From an uncultured Rhodopirellula sp. (GTDB taxonomy: Bacteria; Planctomycetota; Planctomycetia; Pirellulales; Pirellulaceae): DNA of 50,701 bases. Every line of letters begins with the position of its first letter. Within the stretch, counting starts at the first letter, position 1. The position numbers and the translations under genes were made by a program. The stretch spans positions 62,001 through 112,701 of the forward strand of contig CAXGAI010000013.1 in NCBI GenBank assembly GCA_964007735.1, written 5' to 3'. Under the pieces are notes generated by a model. The model saw only the letters and a program-made list of their open reading frames with translations. It was not told where the DNA came from and ran no database searches. Below, piece after piece: positions 10,131 to 19,657 of this stretch.

Positions 10131-11393
10131 ATGGCTCAACAACTCACTCCAGAACTCATACAACAATGTCGCAATCAGTTCCCTGCTCTTGCGCGACAAC
10201 ACAACGGACAAACTGCCATTTACCTTGATGGCCCGGCGGGTACGCAGGTAACCCAATCTGTGATTGACGCTATCAGCCATTACTACTGCACGTGTAATGC
10301 GAATCATGGCGGTCAATTTGCAACCAGTCGTGAAAGTGATGAATTTGTTGAAAAGGCACATCAAGCACTAGCTGATTTCGTTGGTGCTGACAATTGGAAA
10401 GAAATTGTCTTCGGGGCTAACATGACCTCACTCACGTTTGCATTTTCCCGGGCGATCGCAAAAACGTGGAAGAAAGGCGACAATATCGTCGTCACGCGTC
10501 TCGATCACGATGCGAATGTGACGACCTGGGCTCTAGCTGCCAGAGATCATGGTGTTGACGTTCGATACGCCGACATTAATAAAGACGACTGCACCTTAAA
10601 TGTTGATGACCTTAAATCTAAAATTGATGAACGTACACAAATAATTGCAGTCGGTCTGGCGTCCAACTCTTCGGGGTCAATTAATCCCGCAAAAGAGATT
10701 ATCGCCTATGCCAAGCAGTTTCAGGCACAGGTCTTTATCGACGCCGTTCATTACGCCCCTCATCGTTTGGTAGATGTAAAAGATCTCGGCTGTGACTTCC
10801 TGGTCTGTTCAACCTACAAATTCTTTGGCCCTCATATCGGCGTGCTGTGGGCTAAAGCTGAAATCCTAGAAAAATTGGAGGCCTATAAAGTTCGCCCATC
10901 TTCACCTGCTATTCCTGACAAGTGGATGACCGGAACTCAAAATTTTGCCAGTTTATGCGGGTCACGTGCAGCCGTAGACTACATCGCGGATCTGGGAAGA
11001 ACTCTGGCAGGTGATGGGTCGCTCCAACGACGGGCTGCTTTACAAGTCGCCTATAAAGCGATCGCCATTTACGAAGATAAATTGTGCAAAACATTGTTAG
11101 AGGGATTGGCATCCGTCGAAGGATTAAAGATCTACGGCATTACTCAGGAAGATAGAATCGGCGAACGAGTTCCGACAGTTTCGATTACACATCCCAAACT
11201 ATCTGCCACCCAATTAGCTCACGAATTGGGTGAACGTGGCATCTATGCCTGGGACGGAAACTACTATGCGCTTGAATTGACTGAACAATTAGGTCTAGAA
11301 CCAGAAGGTATGGTGCGTTTAGGACTTGTTCATTACAACACCGACGAAGAAGTTGGCCGGTTAATCTCAGCATTAAATGAAATTCTAAATTAG
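10131..11393 (+). CDS. Cysteine desulfurase-like PLP enzyme (aminotransferase class V, TIGR01976-type)
   Basis: RNQFPAL, YLDGPAGTQV, LDHDANV, DAVHYAPH, CSTYKFFGPH (PLP Lys), GTQ, VRLGLVHYNT. Confidence 0.85.
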   Translation: MAQQLTPELIQQCRNQFPALARQHNGQTAIYLDGPAGTQVTQSVIDAISHYYCTCNANHGGQFATSRESDEFVEKAHQALADFVGADNWKEIVFGANMTSLTFAFSRAIAKTWKKGDNIVVTRLDHDANVTTWALAARDHGVDVRYADINKDDCTLNVDDLKSKIDERTQIIAVGLASNSSGSINPAKEIIAYAKQFQAQVFIDAVHYAPHRLVDVKDLGCDFLVCSTYKFFGPHIGVLWAKAEILEKLEAYKVRPSSPAIPDKWMTGTQNFASLCGSRAAVDYIADLGRTLAGDGSLQRRAALQVAYKAIAIYEDKLCKTLLEGLASVEGLKIYGITQEDRIGERVPTVSITHPKLSATQLAHELGERGIYAWDGNYYALELTEQLGLEPEGMVRLGLVHYNTDEEVGRLISALNEILN

Positions 11394-11407
11394 AGTTGCA
11401 CTAAATC

Positions 11408-11746
11408 ATGAGTGAATTATCAAGCTATCCCACTGGTATCAGGCTGTCAGACGATAATCGTTTGGTGATTGATTGGAGTGACAATGTGCGTTCGCGGATT
11501 CCATTTAGGATTCTCCGCGATAACTGCCCGTGCGCACACTGCCGTGAAGCGGAACGTAATCCACAACCTGCAGAATTACTTCCCGTCATTTCTGCTGCTG
11601 AGGCTCAACCCCTAATGGTTCAGGGAGTAAAACCTTTGGGCAACTACGCTTATACGATTGCTTTTAGTGACGGTCATGACACAGGTATCTACAAACTGGA
11701 ATTACTACGCCAATTAGGAGACGCCATTGCCGACGCGGAGAGCTAA
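11408..11746 (+). CDS. DUF971 / GBBH-N-like small metal-binding protein
   Basis: L.I.W.D, LRDNCPCAHC, GNYAYTIAFSDGHDTGIY. Confidence 0.9.
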   Translation: MSELSSYPTGIRLSDDNRLVIDWSDNVRSRIPFRILRDNCPCAHCREAERNPQPAELLPVISAAEAQPLMVQGVKPLGNYAYTIAFSDGHDTGIYKLELLRQLGDAIADAES

Positions 11747-11763
11747 ATCCTATTGAGGATTTA
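11744..11763 (+). terminator. Short hairpin at the DUF971 stop codon (possible weak terminator or processing signal)
   Basis: TAAATCCT-ATTG-AGGATTTA, 8-bp stem with no real U-tract. Confidence 0.3.
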
Positions 11764-11843
11764 AAACAGGGGATAGCGTGACCAAAACGACGTATTTAAA
11801 CTAGAGACTTCCCCATTCCCCCGATTCTTGAAGTAATTCATCT

Positions 11844-13133
11844 ATGACTGACGAACCTCGCAAAGGCTCTCTATTTGTTATCTTCCTGACTGTTTTTATC
11901 GACTTGTTAGGATTTGGACTGGTTCTACCATTGTTACCAGTTTATGCCGAGTATTATCTGGCAGAATCAAGCAACGCCGGTGTGCAACTAGGCCTGCTGA
12001 TGGCAAGCTTTTCTGCTATGCAATTCATCTTTGCGCCATTCTGGGGCAAGCTGTCTGACAAACATGGACGGCGACCAATCATCATGATTGGCTTAGCCGG
12101 CTCGACGGTCTTCTACACGCTGTTTGGCCTGGCAACAACAATCGCTAATGACGCTGCCACAACTATGTTATTGCTCTATGTCTCACGCATCGGAGCAGGT
12201 ATTTTTGGAGCCACAATTTCCACAGCTCAAGCATATATCGCGGATACCACAACACCCGAAAAGCGAGCGAAAGGGATGGCCTTAATCGGGATGGCTTTCG
12301 GGGCCGGATTTACTTTTGGCCCGTTGCTTGGCATGGTCGCGGTCGCCGGGGATGGAGAAGCACCCAATGCATGGCCGGGGTATATTGCAGCCATTTTATC
12401 ATTTTCAGCTTTACTCTTAGCAAGCAAGAAGCTGCCGGAATCACTTACCGAATCGAGTGAAACAGCCGGCCATAAGGTCTTTGATCTAAACGGTCTGAAG
12501 CAAGCTCTTTCCATTCCTTCGATCGGTCTGATTCTAGTTTCAATTTTTGTATGTATCTTTTCTTTCGCAAATTTTGAAACCACATTATCTTTGCTAATCA
12601 AGGGTAGTTCCAAGCATTTAGAACAAAGCCCTTTCAAATTCTCGTATTCTGAAATTTGTGGGACGTTTGCATTCATCGGGGTCACTCTGTCTTTAGTTCA
12701 GGGCGGTATTGTTCGCCGGATGGCTGGAAAACGCTCGGATGCGTCATTAGCACTGACTGGTGCGACATTCGAAATTATTGGCTTTGCCATTATGATCATG
12801 GCGATCCAGCAAGAAAGTAGCGGACTTTTATATCTGGCTTTGGGGATCGTGGTTACAGGGTTTTCATTTATGCAGCCCTCACTGAATGCCATGCTTTCCA
12901 GGCGAAGTGATCCCACCCGACAGGGAACCATTATGGGAGTTGGGCAAAGCGTGAGTTCGCTGGCTCGAATTGTTGGCTCGGGGATCGGTATCCCACTTCT
13001 CACCATCCAACTCAACATGCCCTATTATGTTGCCACCGGGCTCATGATTTTAGGTGTATTTCTAATTGCTTTAACCTCAAAACGCGGCAAAGACTTTGAG
13101 ACAGTTGAGGCGAATACGACTGCGAATGAATAA
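11844..13133 (+). CDS. MFS transporter, TetA/DHA1-like efflux family
   Basis: TVFIDLLGFGLVLPLLP, motif A GKLSDKHGRRP, AQAYIAD.T..EKRAKGM, motif C GFTFGPLLG; about 12 TM segments. Confidence 0.9.
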   Translation: MTDEPRKGSLFVIFLTVFIDLLGFGLVLPLLPVYAEYYLAESSNAGVQLGLLMASFSAMQFIFAPFWGKLSDKHGRRPIIMIGLAGSTVFYTLFGLATTIANDAATTMLLLYVSRIGAGIFGATISTAQAYIADTTTPEKRAKGMALIGMAFGAGFTFGPLLGMVAVAGDGEAPNAWPGYIAAILSFSALLLASKKLPESLTESSETAGHKVFDLNGLKQALSIPSIGLILVSIFVCIFSFANFETTLSLLIKGSSKHLEQSPFKFSYSEICGTFAFIGVTLSLVQGGIVRRMAGKRSDASLALTGATFEIIGFAIMIMAIQQESSGLLYLALGIVVTGFSFMQPSLNAMLSRRSDPTRQGTIMGVGQSVSSLARIVGSGIGIPLLTIQLNMPYYVATGLMILGVFLIALTSKRGKDFETVEANTTANE

Positions 13134-13146
13134 TCAATTGCTTAAA

Positions 13147-13175
13147 TTGCGTGACCCAACAAAGACGGGTAATAT
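13147..13175 (+). promoter_or_regulatory. Putative sigma70-type promoter
   Basis: TTGCGT(13147-52)-N17-TAATAT(13170-75), 44 nt before ATG 13220. Confidence 0.45.
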
Positions 13176-13219
13176 TAAGCTTAACTATCAATAAATCATT
13201 TCTTTTGTGAGAAGCTCAT

Positions 13220-14473
13220 ATGATCAGCCGTTCCCATTTTCTGGCAGTTTTCGCCAGCGTTTTGTTCGTATTACAATCGGCATCCGCTCAAGAATGGACG
13301 CGATTTCATGGCCCCAACGGTCAAGGTGTTTCAAGTCTCAAGTCTTTCCCAGCTGAATGGTCTGAGGAAAACATTGTATTCAAAGCGGAATTACCTGGAA
13401 TTGGACATTCATCACCTGTGTTGTGGGGCGAAAAGGTATTTCTCCTTAGCGCAGATCCTGAAACTGCGGAACGCTATGTATTGTGTCTGGATGCGAATTC
13501 CGGAAAGATCCTCTGGCAACATGATTACAAATCGGTGACACATAAATTACATTTACGCTCTAGCTACGCTTCCTGCACGCCAGTCGTTGACGAGGATATC
13601 GTGATCTTCGCCTGGTCTGACCCTCAACACACATGGGTCAAAGCTTATAGCCATGACGGTAATCAACTTTGGACAAAAGACTTAGGTACCTGGGCCAGTC
13701 AACACGGCTTCGGTACCTCACCTGTAATCTACAAAAACAAAATTCTGCTAAACGCCTCTCAAGCCAATAACAAACTGCCTGAAGGAATCGATCCCGGTGA
13801 GAGCTATTTTTATGCTTTTGAAAAAGAAAGCGGTGAGATCATTTGGAAAACCCCCCGCGGAACAGCCTCGGCTAGCTATAGTGTTCCGGCAATCTACAAG
13901 GGTGTAAATGGTGACGAAATAATCTGTTCGAACACGGTCGACGGTATGTATAGCCTAAATCCTGAAACCGGTGAAGAGAATTGGGCTGTCAAAGCTTTCG
14001 ACAAACGAACCGTTTCTTCTCCTCTCTTTTCCGGCGGCCATATTTTCGGTTCAACCGGCTCTGGTGGTGGTGGTAATTATGTCGCTGCTATTAAGCCTGG
14101 CAAAGAACCTGTCGTCAGTTATAAGCTGGATCGCTCTGCTCCCTATGTACCCACATCGGTCTGCTTAGACGAACTGATGTTCTGCTTTTATGATAAAGGG
14201 ATCCTTTCCTGTCTGGATACAAAAACAGGGGAAGTCTATTATCAAAAACGCCTCGATTGCGCATTCTCCGGTTCTGCGATTCGAGTTGGTGGTAAACTCT
14301 TCTGTGTAGATGAAGAAGGGATCGTACATGTCATTGCTGCCAGCAAGGAATTCAAAGTCCTTGCGAAGAATCCACTCGGTGAAGATTGCCGCAGTACCCC
14401 GGCTGTTTCGGGTGGTCGTATGTATATCCGTACTTATTCACAGTTGATCTGTGTGGGTGCCAAGAAGAGCTAG
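13220..14473 (+). CDS. Secreted PQQ-binding-like beta-propeller protein (planctomycete-expanded family)
   Basis: Signal peptide ending ASA-Q, W.RFHGPNGQG, GHSSPV, repeated G..lW motifs, STPAVSGGRMYIRT. Confidence 0.85.
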   Translation: MISRSHFLAVFASVLFVLQSASAQEWTRFHGPNGQGVSSLKSFPAEWSEENIVFKAELPGIGHSSPVLWGEKVFLLSADPETAERYVLCLDANSGKILWQHDYKSVTHKLHLRSSYASCTPVVDEDIVIFAWSDPQHTWVKAYSHDGNQLWTKDLGTWASQHGFGTSPVIYKNKILLNASQANNKLPEGIDPGESYFYAFEKESGEIIWKTPRGTASASYSVPAIYKGVNGDEIICSNTVDGMYSLNPETGEENWAVKAFDKRTVSSPLFSGGHIFGSTGSGGGGNYVAAIKPGKEPVVSYKLDRSAPYVPTSVCLDELMFCFYDKGILSCLDTKTGEVYYQKRLDCAFSGSAIRVGGKLFCVDEEGIVHVIAASKEFKVLAKNPLGEDCRSTPAVSGGRMYIRTYSQLICVGAKKS

Positions 14474-14479
14474 TGTCTT

Positions 14480-17400
14480 TTGGATAGCACGTCTTGGCAA
14501 TTCCTGATTGATGTCGGTGGAACGTTCACGGATTGTATAGCACAAAATCCCAACGGATCCGGGGAGTCGTCACGCCGCCACAAACTCTTAAGCTCTGCCA
14601 TTACGCCGGGGGTCATCGAGTCCGCTAAGGGCCGATTGATTCAAGATACCCGACGAAACGATGACGTCGATGCATTTTGGAATGGGGCCACCTTTCGTAT
14701 TGCCGATCTGCAATGCGACTTCGCTTTCGAGTCTCCGATTATTAAAACACAAAATGGGACTCTTGAGCTTCAAAGACCAATTCCTTCGGAAGGTATTGGA
14801 CTCCGCTATGAAATCCACACCCCTCTGGAGGCTCCGGTCATTGGGATCCATCATTTACTGCAGGTCCCACTGAACCAACCACTCCCTCCGGTTAGTCTGC
14901 GTCTCGGTACGACCCGAGGCACCAACGCATTGCTGACTCGTAGTGGTGCTCGAACACTTTTTGTAACGACCGAAGGCTTTGGCGACATTCTCCGTATCGG
15001 TAATCAGGATCGTCCGGAGCTGTTCACCCTGAATATCGAAAAACCCGCTCCTCTCTTCGAATCCGTGCTGGAAGTTAACGAGCGTATTGATACGCATGGA
15101 AAAATCCTCAAGTCGCTGGAATCCGAATCCATTCGCAAAGCACTTATAAAGGCAAAAGCTCTGGGATTCGAATCCGTCGCTATCTGTCTGATGAATGCGT
15201 TTGTCTGTGATAAACATGAAGTCAGCATCGAACATCTGGCCAAAGAAGTTGGTTTTGAAGATGTTAGCCGTTCCAGCCTGATTTCACCTCTCATCAAACT
15301 TGTCTCCCGCGCAGACACCACCGTAGTGAACAGTTATCTCAATCCGGTACTAACAAAATATATCCATGACATCACCCGGCAATTACACGCAGAGTCTTCC
15401 ATCCGCCTGTTAACCTCAGCCGGCGGGCTAGTTGAAGCGGAGAGCTTTTGTGGCCGAGACAGTATTCTTTCAGGACCCGCCGGGGGCGTTATTGGATTCA
15501 GTAGTGTCGCCAAACAGGCTGGTTTTGCCAAAGCCATTGGATTCGACATGGGTGGTACAAGCACAGATGTGTCAAGATTTGATGGCGAATTTGAATATGA
15601 ATACGAAACGCAAAAAGCAGGCGTGCGAATCGTCACACCGATGCTTGCTATTGAAACTGTCGCAGCTGGCGGCGGCTCCATCTGCAGGTTTGATGGGATC
15701 AAACTAACCGTAGGTCCTCAAAGCGCTGGTAGCGTCCCGGGACCGGCTTGTTATGGTGCCGGAGGCCCGCTAACTGTGACCGATTTAAATTTGGTGCTGG
15801 GACGTATTCTTCCTGATCAATTTTCGATTCCACTCGATCATGCTGCAGCTAATAATCGTTTAAAAGAGCTCTGCAAACAAATCGAGGAAACAACGGGCTA
15901 TATCTACAGAATCCATGATCTGGCGGAAGCTTTTCTTAGCATCGCAAATCACAATATGTCCCAAGCGATCGGAAACATTAGTGTCGCCAAAGGATATGAT
16001 CCTGCAGATTACGTCTTGGTCAATTTTGGAGGTGCAGCTGCACAGCATGCTTGTGGTGTCGCCAATCTGTTAAACATATCAACGATTCTGAATCACCCTG
16101 ATGCAGGAATCCTATCGGCCTATGGGATGGGGCAGGCCAGTGTAAAACGGCAAGGTGATCTGGGAATCTATAAAGAGCTAGACCAAGAACTGTTTGTGAA
16201 TCTAGCAGAACAAGTCTATCAAACGACTAATACACTGCAGCGTCAAATTATCAGGGAGGGATATACCCCCACAGATATCTCTATACGAATCGTGGCTGAA
16301 ATACGTCCCCGGGGAGTCAATGCCACCCTGCAAATTCCTATCATTGAATCTCCTGTGATGTCGTTCGTCTGGAAGGTCGATGCGGCGGCCATCACATCGA
16401 TGTTTCAAGTCAGTCATCTGCAGCGGTATGGCTTTGAACATTCGCAGCCATTGGAATTAGTAACTCTAAGAATCGAAGCTACTGGTGACTCTGGGACGCC
16501 AGCCTCTCACTCTACGGAACCTCCAACGCATGAGTGTACAAGTACTGTGACGACATCCGTATTTCATAACGGGCGATGGTATGAAGCGCAACGCTTTCAA
16601 CGCTCTGAATTATCATCGGGCACATTGATTGCCGGACCGGCTATCGTTACCGAACAAATCTCCACCACCTTTATCGAACCAGGGTGGCAAGGAATCGTCC
16701 TGAGCAACTTTGAAATCCTGCTAAACCTGGTCTCCTCCTCACAAAACATTTTGCCTGTTCAGAAAGACCCCTCTAACCCAGCTATGTTGGAAATCTTCAA
16801 CAATTACTTTGTGTCAGTGGCCAACCAAATGGGTCTCACGCTACAAAATACTTCCAGCAGTGTGAACGTCAAAGAGCGGCTGGACTTCAGCTGTGCTATT
16901 TTCACCGCGGAAGGCGAACTGGTCGTCAATGCTCCTCATATTCCTGTCCATTTAGGAGCGATGGGGGAATCGGTCAGAGCAATCTTACAAGACCACGACC
17001 TCATTGCTCCCGGAGATGTCTTCATAACCAATGACCCTTATCGGGGAGGCTCGCATCTACCCGATATAACGGTAATCACGCCAGTTTTTAATTCAGACGG
17101 AGAGCGTATTTTCTTTACTGCCAGCCGCGCACATCATTCTGAAATCGGGGGCTGCACACCGGGTTCAATGCCTCCGTTTTCCAAAACGCTAGCAGAAGAA
17201 GGCATCCTCATTCGCTCACAGAAAATTGTCGAAGCGGGAATATCCCGAGAAGCGGAACTTCGAAGCTTATTAACCACGGGTGAATTTCCCTCACGAAGTG
17301 CCAAAACGAATATGACGGACATTCATGCCCAGGTGGCTGCCAATCGCCAGGGAGCAAATGATCTAAATCAGATGATGGAAAACCATGGTGAATCGACTGT

Positions 17401-18337
17401 ATTGGCATATATGAAATTAATACAAGATGCGGCTGCCAAAAAAACACGTCAGGCACTACTGGCTATTCCTGATGGCATCTATGAATATCAGGATTATCTA
17501 GATGAACACTTCACGGAGGATTACGAAGCGAAAATCCACGTCACTATCCAAATTGATGGGGATACGGCCAAACTCGACTTCACGGGAACCTCACCAGTCT
17601 TGCCAATCAACTTAAACGCCAACCGGGCAATCGTAACAGCGGCAGTACTCTACGTTCTAAGGCTTTTAATTGATGAGCCTATTCCACTTAATCAGGGAGT
17701 ACTTGAGCCAGTCACACTCGTCCTGCCGGATTGTTTTCTAAACCCCACACCTGGTTTAACTGCGGCTGATTCACCAGCCGTTGTTGGAGGAAATGTGGAA
17801 ACCTCGCAACGTATCGTGGATGTACTTATCGGAGCTTTACAACTCGCAGCAGCCAGTCAGGGGACGATGAACAATCTACTCTTTGGCGATAAGTCTTTTG
17901 GGTACTACGAGACAATTTGTGGAGGAGCAGGTGCCACTTCAGAAGCAGCGGGTGCTGATGCCGTTCATACCCACATGACCAACACTCGAATCACGGATCC
18001 CGAAATTTTAGAACGTCGATACCCTGTTCGATTAGAACAATTCCGTATTCGCACAGGCTCCGGTGGAAAAGGAAAATATCGAGGTGGGAATGGAATCATC
18101 CGTCAAATGACATTCCTGAAACCGGTCACCGTCTCTCTGCTGACTCAACGCCGCAATGAGAATCATCCAGCCGGTTTAGCAGAAGGTGGAGCAGGTCAAT
18201 CCGGTGTTAATAAAGTATTGTTTGCCGACGGTCGCGAAGAATTGCTGAAGAATCGACAACAATTCGCCGTCAATGTCGGCGATCAACTGACGATCGAGAC
18301 ACCCGGCGGGGGTGGTTGGGGAAATGTAAATGGTTAA
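14480..18337 (+). CDS. ATP-dependent 5-oxoprolinase, single-chain hydantoinase A+B fusion
   Basis: [105 protein letters not shown] start. Confidence 0.92.
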   Translation: MDSTSWQFLIDVGGTFTDCIAQNPNGSGESSRRHKLLSSAITPGVIESAKGRLIQDTRRNDDVDAFWNGATFRIADLQCDFAFESPIIKTQNGTLELQRPIPSEGIGLRYEIHTPLEAPVIGIHHLLQVPLNQPLPPVSLRLGTTRGTNALLTRSGARTLFVTTEGFGDILRIGNQDRPELFTLNIEKPAPLFESVLEVNERIDTHGKILKSLESESIRKALIKAKALGFESVAICLMNAFVCDKHEVSIEHLAKEVGFEDVSRSSLISPLIKLVSRADTTVVNSYLNPVLTKYIHDITRQLHAESSIRLLTSAGGLVEAESFCGRDSILSGPAGGVIGFSSVAKQAGFAKAIGFDMGGTSTDVSRFDGEFEYEYETQKAGVRIVTPMLAIETVAAGGGSICRFDGIKLTVGPQSAGSVPGPACYGAGGPLTVTDLNLVLGRILPDQFSIPLDHAAANNRLKELCKQIEETTGYIYRIHDLAEAFLSIANHNMSQAIGNISVAKGYDPADYVLVNFGGAAAQHACGVANLLNISTILNHPDAGILSAYGMGQASVKRQGDLGIYKELDQELFVNLAEQVYQTTNTLQRQIIREGYTPTDISIRIVAEIRPRGVNATLQIPIIESPVMSFVWKVDAAAITSMFQVSHLQRYGFEHSQPLELVTLRIEATGDSGTPASHSTEPPTHECTSTVTTSVFHNGRWYEAQRFQRSELSSGTLIAGPAIVTEQISTTFIEPGWQGIVLSNFEILLNLVSSSQNILPVQKDPSNPAMLEIFNNYFVSVANQMGLTLQNTSSSVNVKERLDFSCAIFTAEGELVVNAPHIPVHLGAMGESVRAILQDHDLIAPGDVFITNDPYRGGSHLPDITVITPVFNSDGERIFFTASRAHHSEIGGCTPGSMPPFSKTLAEEGILIRSQKIVEAGISREAELRSLLTTGEFPSRSAKTNMTDIHAQVAANRQGANDLNQMMENHGESTVLAYMKLIQDAAAKKTRQALLAIPDGIYEYQDYLDEHFTEDYEAKIHVTIQIDGDTAKLDFTGTSPVLPINLNANRAIVTAAVLYVLRLLIDEPIPLNQGVLEPVTLVLPDCFLNPTPGLTAADSPAVVGGNVETSQRIVDVLIGALQLAAASQGTMNNLLFGDKSFGYYETICGGAGATSEAAGADAVHTHMTNTRITDPEILERRYPVRLEQFRIRTGSGGKGKYRGGNGIIRQMTFLKPVTVSLLTQRRNENHPAGLAEGGAGQSGVNKVLFADGREELLKNRQQFAVNVGDQLTIETPGGGGWGNVNG

Positions 18338-19289
18338 AACCACATCGGAGTTCGTTCCTCGTCGATTCCTGAATTGTCCTCACCGGCAGACAATTCTCGC
18401 CGCACTCTTTGGCGGTAAAGTCGCCTTGCCGAACAGCAACCAACTGACTGTTGATTTACCGGACGGTGACCAACTCTATATTTATGATGACTCCGCACCC
18501 GCAGCAGCAAAGTCAGCTGCACCTCCTGTACTTCTTGTTCATGGGCTGGGCGGTTCTCACCAATCTTCCTATATGATTCGAATCGCCAATCGCCTACGTC
18601 GTCGATCTCGGAATATCTTTCGCATGGATATGCGAGGTTGTGGGAATGGTATTTCAATCGCAAGAAAAACCGCCCATGCCGGGGCCAGTGATGATCTTGC
18701 CCAAACCGCACTGTGTATCCAGAAGCTTACAGGGAAGCCGGCAATTCAAATCGTGGCCTTCTCTCTAAGTGGTAACATTCTGCTAAAACTCCTGACCGAA
18801 CTCAATGCATACCCGGAACTACAGATAACTAACGCCATCGCTATCTGCCCTCCAATCGATCTGGCTTATTCAAGCCAGATGATTACAGATAAGTATCTCG
18901 GATTTTATGACTACCAATTTATTCGCTCTTTGAAAAAAGACCTTCTTCAACGTCGTCAACACCACCCCGATTGTCCGTGGGGCCAACTTTCACCATTCCC
19001 CAAGACACTCTTTGAATTTGACAACCGTTTTACCGCTCCACTCAACGGATTTTTGGATGCAGCAGACTACTATCAAAAGTCCAGCAGCAAAGATCGCTTA
19101 AGCGAGATTACGGTTCCGACAATAGTACTCGTTGCGAATGACGATCCCGTGGTTCCTGCAGAAATATTTGACGACGCTCAAATATCGGAATCGACAACTC
19201 TTATTCGTACGGATTTTGGAGGTCACCTGGGTTTCCTGGCTCGCGAAGGAAAACGCTGGATGGATGACCAACTCATGTACTGGTTATAG
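18330..19289 (+). CDS. YheT-family alpha/beta hydrolase
   Basis: PHRQTI, VHGLGGS...Y, MRGCG, nucleophile elbow AFSLSG, FEFDNRFTAP..GF....YY, DDP, GGHLGF; overlaps the oxoprolinase stop by 8 nt. Confidence 0.85.
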   Translation: MVKTTSEFVPRRFLNCPHRQTILAALFGGKVALPNSNQLTVDLPDGDQLYIYDDSAPAAAKSAAPPVLLVHGLGGSHQSSYMIRIANRLRRRSRNIFRMDMRGCGNGISIARKTAHAGASDDLAQTALCIQKLTGKPAIQIVAFSLSGNILLKLLTELNAYPELQITNAIAICPPIDLAYSSQMITDKYLGFYDYQFIRSLKKDLLQRRQHHPDCPWGQLSPFPKTLFEFDNRFTAPLNGFLDAADYYQKSSSKDRLSEITVPTIVLVANDDPVVPAEIFDDAQISESTTLIRTDFGGHLGFLAREGKRWMDDQLMYWL

Positions 19290-19511
19290 CAACTTAATAC
19301 GATGAACTTCTTATTTCTAAGGGCAACCGCCTACCTAAACCCAATACTAAATGACAAGTTTATTGCTAAGAATCTTACAAAGATTGGAGGAACCGCGGAA
19401 CACTACAAGGAAGAAAGAGTTTAAACTCAGAGAATAGAAGATTCCGCGTTTTTACTTCTCTGATTTATCGGCAATGAGACTCTCCCATCGTTTTCCGGTG
19501 TCCGATTCGAC

Positions 19512-19553
19512 TTGTCTAAGACCAATCAACGTATTAATATTCGTTGATTGGTC
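19512..19553 (+). promoter_or_regulatory. Putative prc promoter overlapped by a 12-bp perfect inverted repeat
   Basis: TTGTCT(19512-17)-N17-TAATAT(19535-40); GACCAATCAACG(19520-31)-N10-CGTTGATTGGTC(19542-53). Confidence 0.55.
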
Positions 19554-19657
19554 ACACACTATTCTCAATTTTCAACCTGTGAAGACCGCAAGTAGACTTT
19601 TTGCAGGTGATTAGGACTAACCAAAGTATTAATTATCAGCCTTTAATGGATTATTCA

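Noticed and set aside
11844..13133. Tetracycline resistance gene tetA
   Set aside because: Family-level similarity only; no tetR or mobile context.
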